Assembly (NCBI GenBank): GCA_038888155.1 | Contig: JAWAJB010000001.1 | Location: 352,001-416,000, forward strand | From: Desulfurococcaceae archaeon | GTDB taxonomy: Archaea > Thermoproteota > Thermoprotei_A > Sulfolobales > Desulfurococcaceae | Direction of reading: 5' to 3' | Length of the DNA stretch: 64,000 nucleotides | Shown here: piece after piece, positions 57,280 to 64,000 of the stretch | Position numbering within the stretch: position 1 is the stretch's first letter | Layout of the letters: every line of letters starts with the position of its first letter | Notes under the pieces: generated by a model | The model's database searches: none | What the model was told of the DNA's origin: nothing | Seen by the model: only the letters and a program-made list of their open reading frames with translations | Position numbers and translations under genes: made by a program

Positions 57280-57717
57280 TTGAGTATGGGCTGGAAACAA
57301 TACGGCTTCCTAACAGAGAGACAGTATGCTGTGCTAAGCTATAGAGTAAAGGGCTACACGCAGAGCGAGGTAGCGGAGAGGCTGGGGATCTCGCGCAGTG
57401 CTGTTGCCTCAATTGAGAAATCAGCTAAAAGAAAGATAGAACTCGCGCAGAAAACAATTAGTCTATACAGGCAAATGCTTTCAGTGGCAATACTTAAAAT
57501 AAAGGCTGGAACGAAGCTTATTGATATACCCAGCATTGTGATCAGAAGGGCAGACGAGCTTGGGATAAAGCTCAAGGGGGATTTCTCGTATATATACTCG
57601 CAACTTCGTTACGGAGTCGGCGTTAGAAAGCCCGTACTAGATAGAGAGGTTTTAGTGCTATTTTTTAAGGATGGAAGCTTCGAGATAACATCAGAGGATT
57701 TAAGCAAGAGGGCTTGA
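57280..57717 (+). CDS. tfx: Tfx family DNA-binding protein
   Basis: GFLTERQ..VL..R.KG.TQ.EVA...SR..V..IEK.A, GT.L.DIP, ADE.GIK. Confidence 0.88.
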   Translation: MSMGWKQYGFLTERQYAVLSYRVKGYTQSEVAERLGISRSAVASIEKSAKRKIELAQKTISLYRQMLSVAILKIKAGTKLIDIPSIVIRRADELGIKLKGDFSYIYSQLRYGVGVRKPVLDREVLVLFFKDGSFEITSEDLSKRA

Positions 57718-57847
57718 GTTCTTCAGCTCTTAATGCAACCAACGCCTAAAGGCTAAAGCCTGCGCGCTCAAACGCAACGGGTTAAGGGCTAATTGTTTTA
57801 GGATCGCGAAGTATTTTTATTCCCAGTAGCCCCTTATACATCTGCAG

Positions 57848-58426
57848 GTGAACTTCTTAATGAATTACTCAGAGCCCTTTATGCTGTACGTGAGCAAGAG
57901 GTTCTTGGATAAAGCTTCTAAGGCATTTGGCCTAGGCTTGGTTGTTAGAAAACCCCTCCTTGATATCTTTAAGAAAATGCGCGTTGAAATCAAAGAGCTT
58001 GAAAGAGATGAGGCGGAGAGTGCCCTCAGGAGGATCTCTGAGTCAAAGGGCCTAAATATCTCCACTGCCCAACTGATTAAGGGACTAGCGCTGGCTTTCC
58101 TTCTACCTACAGGCTTGTTTGTAGCTACGTTAAAGAAAGTTTTTTACAGGGCTGGAATTGAAGCAGAGAAGTACATTATCATAGAGTTTTTAGCTGAAAT
58201 TCCGAGGGCATTTAGGCCGACTCTCTACTACGATATATGGCTTGTTATTCCTAAAGAGGAGGGCGGGGGCAAGGAAGCTGCGAGTACACTTAAAGAAATA
58301 GTCAACAAGGTTGGCGTTCCCCCCTTAACAGAAGAGGAATGGAGGGATGCCGAGCCCATAAGGGAAAAGCTTGCTGGAAAAGTCGAGGTCAGAGGGCTGA
58401 CAGAGAACCTCTGGGCAGTAATTTAA
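57848..58426 (+). CDS. Hypothetical protein
   Basis: 192-aa ORF with upstream TATA-like TTTTTAT and typical composition; no function recognised. Confidence 0.65.
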   Translation: MNFLMNYSEPFMLYVSKRFLDKASKAFGLGLVVRKPLLDIFKKMRVEIKELERDEAESALRRISESKGLNISTAQLIKGLALAFLLPTGLFVATLKKVFYRAGIEAEKYIIIEFLAEIPRAFRPTLYYDIWLVIPKEEGGGKEAASTLKEIVNKVGVPPLTEEEWRDAEPIREKLAGKVEVRGLTENLWAVI

Positions 58427-58517
58427 AACTAGTTTACACCCAGCATTGAGCTAGATTCAATTAGAGTTTTTAATATCGCTAGTAAGCCCCATAAACTAGT
58501 TTTGTATAAACAGATAG

Positions 58518-58591
58518 TGGACCGGCCGGGAATTGAACCCGGGACCTCCGCCGTGCGAGGGCGGCGCTCTTCCAGGCTGAGCTACCGGCCC
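58518..58591 (-). tRNA. tRNA-Ala(CGC)
   Basis: GGGCCGGTAGCTCAGCCTGGAAGAGCGCCGCCCTCGCACGGCGGAGGTCCCGGGTTCAATTCCCGGCCGGTCCA; anticodon CGC, G3:U70, no intron, CCA not encoded. Confidence 0.96.
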
Positions 58592-58655
58592 ACCCAGCAG
58601 TGTTTTATTTTTGAGTAAATGGTATTAAAAGCGTTGCAGAGGAAGTAAATAAAAA

Positions 58656-59192
58656 CTAAATATTGAAGCCGGCCTCTAGGGCCTTTATGTTGACTTCAAG
58701 CCACTCAGGCTGTATGAGCTCCTTAAGTGCCATTTTGACGTGCTCTAAGCTCATTATCTTAGTTTCCTTTATCAGCTTGCCCAAGATAGCCATGTTTGCT
58801 GCGCGGCGAGTCCCAGACTCTTTCTCGGCTACTTCAGTGAACCTTGCCGAGATTACTTTATAGTCCTTGAAGAGCTCAGGGTTGACGAACTCTTCGTCTA
58901 TTAAAATAACTGTCGATGGCCTAAACGTTGATTTATAGCTCTCAACGCTGAACGGGTACATGAATATAGCTACGTCGGGGCTTTGAACCTTTATGTACTC
59001 GGCTTCAGCCATGGACGATGCTATTATTACGTCTGATCTGCTCTGGCCCCCCCGCGTTTCTGCCTCGTACGTCTCCGTCACAACTGAGTAGAGATTGGCC
59101 AGGCTTGCAGCTAGGCCGAGAACTCTTCCAAGGATTAATACTCCCTGTCCGCCTCTACCGATTACTAGGATTTCCCACTTCAAGTTAGACAC
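58656..59192 (-). CDS. korC: 2-oxoacid:ferredoxin oxidoreductase gamma subunit (Kor-type)
   Basis: GRGGQG, Y..E.RGG.SRS, ANM..LG, N.KALEAG. Confidence 0.88.
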   Translation of the reverse strand: MSNLKWEILVIGRGGQGVLILGRVLGLAASLANLYSVVTETYEAETRGGQSRSDVIIASSMAEAEYIKVQSPDVAIFMYPFSVESYKSTFRPSTVILIDEEFVNPELFKDYKVISARFTEVAEKESGTRRAANMAILGKLIKETKIMSLEHVKMALKELIQPEWLEVNIKALEAGFNI

Positions 59193-60042
59193 CCACTACT
59201 TTTTGTTTTCCGTAACCTCCGTAAAATAGTTCAAGGTAGGAGGGGTTGTTTCTCTCCACGAATTCTCCTATAATTATTTCTTTGTTCCAATCAATATCCG
59301 ACTCCTCGATGGCAGGCCTCGGCTTGTACTTAACGCGGTTTTTAAGTTCGCGGAACATTTTAACGGGATCCCTTGCGCCAATAGTTCTTCCAAATCTCTC
59401 TGGGCATGTTGAGAGCACCTCTATAAGCCTGAACCCCTTCATGCCCAACGCTTTGTAGGCAAACTGCTCTATGTAATGCGGCGTAGTAACGCTTGCCCTT
59501 GCTACGTAGTTTACGTTTAAGGATGCGAGAAGTTTAATGACGCTTAGCGCTGGCTCTGGGCTTCCCTGCGGCGTAGTTGTTGTCCTCAATCCCTGTGGCG
59601 TTGTTGGGGCAACTTGCCCTCCAGTCATTGCATAGGTGAAGTTCGTGAACATCAGTACCAGTATGTCAGCGTTTCGCCGAGCTGCGTGTATTAGGTGGTT
59701 TCCGCCAATAGCTGCTATATCGCCATCTCCTCCCACTGCTATCACTTTTAGCTCTGGGTTTGCAATTACAGCGCCTAGAGCGTTAGCTACTGCGCGACCG
59801 TGTAGGCACCGCCCTACGTCGTAGTTTACGTAAGGCACAGCTCTTGCAGTGCACCCAATTCCGGCCATCCACACTACTTTTTCGGGGTTTATAGAGCCCT
59901 CGTTTATTCTTCTATCTAGCGCTCTAAGTACAGCTCCCATGCCTATTCCTATTCCGCATCCAGGGCAGTGTATTGTAGGCAACCTTTCAACTCTCAGGTG
60001 CCTATCGAGGGGATGAATGTGTTGAGCGGGTGCTACAGCCAC
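59185..60042 (-). CDS. korB: 2-oxoacid:ferredoxin oxidoreductase beta subunit (Kor-type)
   Basis: CPGCG, GIGC, LHGRA, GGDGD..AIGGNH, Y.MTGGQ..PT. Confidence 0.9.
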   Translation of the reverse strand: MAVAPAQHIHPLDRHLRVERLPTIHCPGCGIGIGMGAVLRALDRRINEGSINPEKVVWMAGIGCTARAVPYVNYDVGRCLHGRAVANALGAVIANPELKVIAVGGDGDIAAIGGNHLIHAARRNADILVLMFTNFTYAMTGGQVAPTTPQGLRTTTTPQGSPEPALSVIKLLASLNVNYVARASVTTPHYIEQFAYKALGMKGFRLIEVLSTCPERFGRTIGARDPVKMFRELKNRVKYKPRPAIEESDIDWNKEIIIGEFVERNNPSYLELFYGGYGKQKVVGV

Positions 60043-61163
60043 TGCTCTACCACCTCTAAAACCTCCTTTGGCGTGGACAAATCTATGTTTATAATAGGCG
60101 CTGAGTATACGTCTTTGTCCTTAAGTATTCGCTCAAAGTCCATGTAAAGTTTGCCCATGTTGTTCTCGACAACTATTACCTTCTTGGCTCGCCTACAGCT
60201 ACTCTTGATCTTCTCTTCGTGTAGCGGCCAGAGGGTTTTCAGCCTAAGGAACCCCGCCTTTACGTTCTTTCTCCTAATGTTGTGCACTACAACATTCACT
60301 GTCCTTGCCACTGACCCAAAAGACGCTAGAACTACGTCAGCGTCCTCGCAAAACGTTGTTTCCTGCTCGTATATGTAGTCAATTCTTCTCAGCACCTTGT
60401 TGACGAGCCTCTTCGTTAGTTCTCTCTGCGCTGAATTAGTTGGCGTGTAGAAACCGTGCTCATCGTGTGTAGCCGATTCGAATATTGTCTTGAAGCCTTG
60501 CCCGAACACTGGCATAGGGGGCACTAGATCTGGATCAGGCTTGTAAGGTAGTACCTTGGAGCCCTTCGCTGGAGTCTTCCTATTAATTATCTCTACCTCC
60601 CCCTGTTCGTAAAGAGTTAGCGGTTCCCACAGGTGGGCGAGAACAGCGTCGCTCAACAACATCACTGGGTTTCTCAGCAGCTCTGCCGTATTAAATGCCT
60701 TTATCGTGAGGTCGTACGCCTCTTGAACGTTCCAAGGAGCATAGCTGGGAACTATGTAGTCTCCGTGAGCCATCCACCTAGCCTGCAGGATGTCTGACTG
60801 AGAGCTCTTTGTTGGTATACCTGTAGACGGCCCCGTTCTCATGACGTTAACTATAATTATAGGGGTCTCCGTGATCACAGCTAGTCCAATCCCCTCAGCC
60901 ATCAGCGAGAACCCAGGCCCTGAAGTAGCTGTCATAGCCTTTACCCCTGCCCATGAAGCCCCAATAATAGAGTTTATTGCCCCTAGCTCATCTTCCATTT
61001 GCAACACGGCTCCCCCTAGCGCGGGCAACTTCTCAGCTAGGTACTCGAAGATCTCTGTGCTGGGCGTAATTGGATATCCAGCGTACAGCTTTACGCCCGC
61101 TGTTATAGCCCCCTCAGCTACAGCTACGTTACCTGAAACAAATGTTTTCCTCAAGCCAATCAC
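60033..61163 (-). CDS. korA: 2-oxoacid:ferredoxin oxidoreductase alpha subunit (Kor-type)
   Basis: AGYPITPSTE, QMEDE, TATSGPGFSLM, GPSTG.PT. Confidence 0.9.
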   Translation of the reverse strand: MIGLRKTFVSGNVAVAEGAITAGVKLYAGYPITPSTEIFEYLAEKLPALGGAVLQMEDELGAINSIIGASWAGVKAMTATSGPGFSLMAEGIGLAVITETPIIIVNVMRTGPSTGIPTKSSQSDILQARWMAHGDYIVPSYAPWNVQEAYDLTIKAFNTAELLRNPVMLLSDAVLAHLWEPLTLYEQGEVEIINRKTPAKGSKVLPYKPDPDLVPPMPVFGQGFKTIFESATHDEHGFYTPTNSAQRELTKRLVNKVLRRIDYIYEQETTFCEDADVVLASFGSVARTVNVVVHNIRRKNVKAGFLRLKTLWPLHEEKIKSSCRRAKKVIVVENNMGKLYMDFERILKDKDVYSAPIINIDLSTPKEVLEVVEQWL

Positions 61164-61417
61164 CTCTTCAGCTCCTCTACGAATATAACGAAGTCAGGGC
61201 AGTGGTATTCGCAGAGCCTGCACCCAATGCACTTGTCAATATTCGCTGGCTCTGGCGGGTGGAAACCGTACTTATTTAAGGCGTTGGACGCTACAAGGAC
61301 TTTTGTAGGGCAGACCTCTATACATATGCCGCACCCTTTACACCTATCGAATATCACGTTTACTTTAAACTTACCGCTTGATCTTTGAACTATCGTTCCA
61401 GACAACGGCTTGACCAC
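61160..61417 (-). CDS. korD: 2-oxoacid:ferredoxin oxidoreductase delta (ferredoxin) subunit
   Basis: CKGCGICIEVCP, CIGCRLCEYHCPDF. Confidence 0.88.
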   Translation of the reverse strand: MVKPLSGTIVQRSSGKFKVNVIFDRCKGCGICIEVCPTKVLVASNALNKYGFHPPEPANIDKCIGCRLCEYHCPDFVIFVEELKR

Positions 61418-61554
61418 CTTGCGTGTTTACTCACGGTAGTATTTATGAGAAGGGGGATATTTTAGGCTAACCCGAGATGTAAGCGCTACTACAAGAAGCA
61501 GACAACTACTCTGTATATAAACCTATGAGATGGTCATTTTTCGTGGGGGTAGGC

Positions 61555-62109
61555 TTGTTGATTGAGATCAGATGGCATAGTAGGGGAGGACAAGGCGGGT
61601 GGACTGCTAGCAACCTCACCTCTATGGCTGCCTCGTACGAGGGTAAGTACGTGCAGAGCTTCCCAGCCTTTGGGCCCGAGAGATCAGGGGCGCCAATACT
61701 CTCCTTTACTAGAATAAGCGACGAACCAATAGATATCCACAGCATGATTTACGAGCCCGACATAGTAGTTGTGTTGGATTACACTCTCCTCTCTCCCAAC
61801 ATCATAAGCGGGCTTAAACCGGGAGGAGCTATTATAACCAACTACACCGGAGATGTTAAACTAGCAGTGGAGAGACTAGGCGTTAAGCCTGGTGAATACA
61901 GGTTAATACTAGTTCCCGCATCTAAATTGGCAATGGAGATATTGAAGGCCAAAATAACGAACACTGCTATGTTGGCTGGCTTAGTGAAGCAGGGCGTTGT
62001 AGGGATAAACAGCGTTGAGAGGGCTATTAGGGATAGGTTCAGCGGGCAATTAGCTGAGAGGAATATAAGCTTAGTTAAGCGCTCACTAGATGAATCTGTA
62101 GAGGTGTAG
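61555..62109 (+). CDS. porG: Pyruvate/ketoisovalerate:ferredoxin oxidoreductase gamma subunit
   Basis: EIRWHSRGGQG, FP.FGPERSGAP, NTAML. Confidence 0.9.
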   Translation: MLIEIRWHSRGGQGGWTASNLTSMAASYEGKYVQSFPAFGPERSGAPILSFTRISDEPIDIHSMIYEPDIVVVLDYTLLSPNIISGLKPGGAIITNYTGDVKLAVERLGVKPGEYRLILVPASKLAMEILKAKITNTAMLAGLVKQGVVGINSVERAIRDRFSGQLAERNISLVKRSLDESVEV

Positions 62110-62112
62110 CTC

Positions 62113-62391
62113 ATGAGTTCGCTTAGAACGTGGAAGGAGATACCGATAGGCGGAGTCGCCTACAGGCTATCTACTGATGTTAAGACCGGCGAGTGGAGAG
62201 CTCTTAGGCCAGTAATTGATTACGCTAAGTGCGTTAAGTGCATGACGTGTTGGCTTTTCTGCCCAGATATGGCTATAGTGTGGAACGGCGAGAAGATCTA
62301 CATAAACTACGACTATTGCAAGGGGTGCGGCATATGCGCGCACGAGTGCCCAGCTAAAGCTATATCGATGGCTCCCGAGTGGGGTGATTGA
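62113..62391 (+). CDS. porD: Pyruvate/ketoisovalerate:ferredoxin oxidoreductase delta subunit
   Basis: KTGEWR..RP, CVKCMTCW.FCP, YCKGCGICAHECP. Confidence 0.92.
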   Translation: MSSLRTWKEIPIGGVAYRLSTDVKTGEWRALRPVIDYAKCVKCMTCWLFCPDMAIVWNGEKIYINYDYCKGCGICAHECPAKAISMAPEWGD

Positions 62392-63659
62392 GAGTGAGCG
62401 CGCTCGAACTTGTACCTAAGTACCCGCGCGAGAAGCAAATGCTAATGAACTTGAACGGAGACGAGGCAGTAGCCTATGCTGTCAAGCAGAGTAATGTAGA
62501 CGTAGTTGCAGCTTACCCAATAACTCCCCAAACAATAATTGTCGAGAGATTTTCTGAGTTCGTGGCTAACGGCGAGACACACACAGAGTTCGTGGCCGTA
62601 GAGTCCGAGCACTCGGCTATGAGCGCGTGTATAGGCGCGGCGGCAACTGGAGCTAGGGCGTTTACAGCTACCTCTTCTCAGGGACTAGCGCTAATGGCTG
62701 AAATGCTCTACATAGCGTCTGGCCTAAGGCTACCAGTTGTTCTGGCCGTAGTTAATAGGGCTCTATCCGCTCCTATAAACATCCACAACGACCACAGCGA
62801 TGCTTACTTAATGAGAGACTCGGGCTTCATAATGCTGTTTGCCGAAAACGTGCAGGAGACTTACGACACAACAGTGCAGGCGTTTAAAATAGCTGAGCAC
62901 CCAGATGTACAGCTACCTGTCTCTGTACACCTAGATGGGTTCTTCCTTAGCCATACAATGGAGAATATACTAGTATTGCCGAGCGAGGCAGTACACGAGT
63001 TCCTCGGCGGGCCTAGGAAGACAGTTAAGATTGAAGTAGACTACTACAGCGAAAAAGTGAACTACGCACTAGACCCATCCAATCCTCTTTCCATTGGGAA
63101 CTTAGCCCTGTATGACTACTACTTTGAAATAAAAGTCCCACAGCTAGTAGCCATGGAGAAGGCTAGGGAGGTTATACGAGAGGTAAACAATGAGTGGTTT
63201 AAGCTAACTGGTAGGCAGTACGGCAACGGACTAGTAGAGCTCTACGGAGTCGATGGAGCAGACATAGTTTTAGTTGCCATGGGCAGTAGCGTTGGAACTA
63301 CGAGGAGCGTAATAAAGAAGTACCGCGAGAGAGGCATCAAGGTAGGGTTGCTGAAGATAAAGTCCTACAGGCCATTTCCACACAGAGATGTACAAGAGGC
63401 TCTAAGCGATGCTAAAATAGTAGCAGTAATGGATAAGGCTATAGGTCCAGGCAATTACGGAGCGCTTTACTTGGACGTAGCAACATCGCTGTACAACAGC
63501 AGCGTAAGACCAATGCTTGTGAACTACATTTACGGATTAGGCGGGAGGGATTTAGCCCCCGGTATGGTGTCTCAGATGATAGAGCAACTGCTGAACGACT
63601 TAAAGAGAGGATACGTTCCGAGCGAGGAGAGGTTAAGGCTCTTGGGGGTGAGGGGCTAA
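62388..63659 (+). CDS. porA: Pyruvate/ketoisovalerate:ferredoxin oxidoreductase alpha subunit
   Basis: [36 protein letters not shown]. Confidence 0.92.
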   Translation: MRVSALELVPKYPREKQMLMNLNGDEAVAYAVKQSNVDVVAAYPITPQTIIVERFSEFVANGETHTEFVAVESEHSAMSACIGAAATGARAFTATSSQGLALMAEMLYIASGLRLPVVLAVVNRALSAPINIHNDHSDAYLMRDSGFIMLFAENVQETYDTTVQAFKIAEHPDVQLPVSVHLDGFFLSHTMENILVLPSEAVHEFLGGPRKTVKIEVDYYSEKVNYALDPSNPLSIGNLALYDYYFEIKVPQLVAMEKAREVIREVNNEWFKLTGRQYGNGLVELYGVDGADIVLVAMGSSVGTTRSVIKKYRERGIKVGLLKIKSYRPFPHRDVQEALSDAKIVAVMDKAIGPGNYGALYLDVATSLYNSSVRPMLVNYIYGLGGRDLAPGMVSQMIEQLLNDLKRGYVPSEERLRLLGVRG

Positions 63660-64000
63660 TGGGAGGCAAGGCTGCCTCAGAAATTCCAGCCAGGAAACCA
63701 GACACTCCATATAAGATCTGGGTATTTGAGCCAGGTAAAGTGGGGGATTTACCGCTTATACTTAACCCGAGGCAACTAGCAGAGGAGAGGAGTCCTGCGC
63801 TTTTGCCAGGCCACAGGATGTGTGCCGGTTGTACAGCGCCAATAGTTGTCAAGCTCGCTAGCTTCGCGTTCAGAGGCCCTACAATAGTGGTATCTGCAAC
63901 TGGCTGCCTCGAGGTTTCAACAACTATATACCCATATACTAGCTGGGCAGTTCCGTGGTTGCACAGCGCTTTCGAAAACTCAGCTGCTACAGCAAGCGGG
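63659..64000 (+). CDS. porB: Pyruvate/ketoisovalerate:ferredoxin oxidoreductase beta subunit (partial)
   Basis: Manual translation from ATG 63659: ...PGHRMCAGC...ATGCLEV...YPYTSW..PW.H.AFEN; truncated by window. Confidence 0.9.
   Translation, partial: MGGKAASEIPARKPDTPYKIWVFEPGKVGDLPLILNPRQLAEERSPALLPGHRMCAGCTAPIVVKLASFAFRGPTIVVSATGCLEVSTTIYPYTSWAVPWLHSAFENSAATASG

Noticed and set aside
58427-58655. tRNA-Ala as an integration site
   Set aside because: No duplicated tRNA fragment and no integrase in the window.
1-64000. CRISPR arrays, cas genes, transposases, inteins, rRNA
   Set aside because: No regularly spaced repeats or diagnostic motifs seen by eye.

Overview
Gene-dense core-genome segment of a hyperthermophilic crenarchaeon, most likely Desulfurococcales (inferred from Cren7 + CC1 + CdvB/CdvC, archaeal PheRS/ArgRS, TATA promoters, frequent GTG/TTG starts). 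It contains part of a group 4 membrane-bound [NiFe]-hydrogenase/Mrp (Mbh) operon with hypF, molybdo/tungstopterin genes (moaA, moaC, moaD-moaE fusion, moaB, moeA), methanopterin-type orphan genes (DUF447, RFAP synthase, CitG family), pheS/pheT, argS, pgk, a peptide ABC transporter, two ABC export systems (one with a 1,200-aa Ig-like surface protein), tRNA-Ala(CGC) and back-to-back 2-oxoacid:ferredoxin oxidoreductase operons. I saw no CRISPR array, transposase or prophage. Features missing from the ORF track are a 55-aa CC1 chromatin protein, a single-hairpin H/ACA guide RNA, two convincing and one weaker C/D box sRNA, and a repeated ATAAC-N3-GTTAT operator next to a ThiR-like HTH gene. An archaeal asparagine synthetase retains an anticodon-binding-type OB fold that has no canonical in-frame start. 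All assignments come from motif reading by eye; no searches were run.
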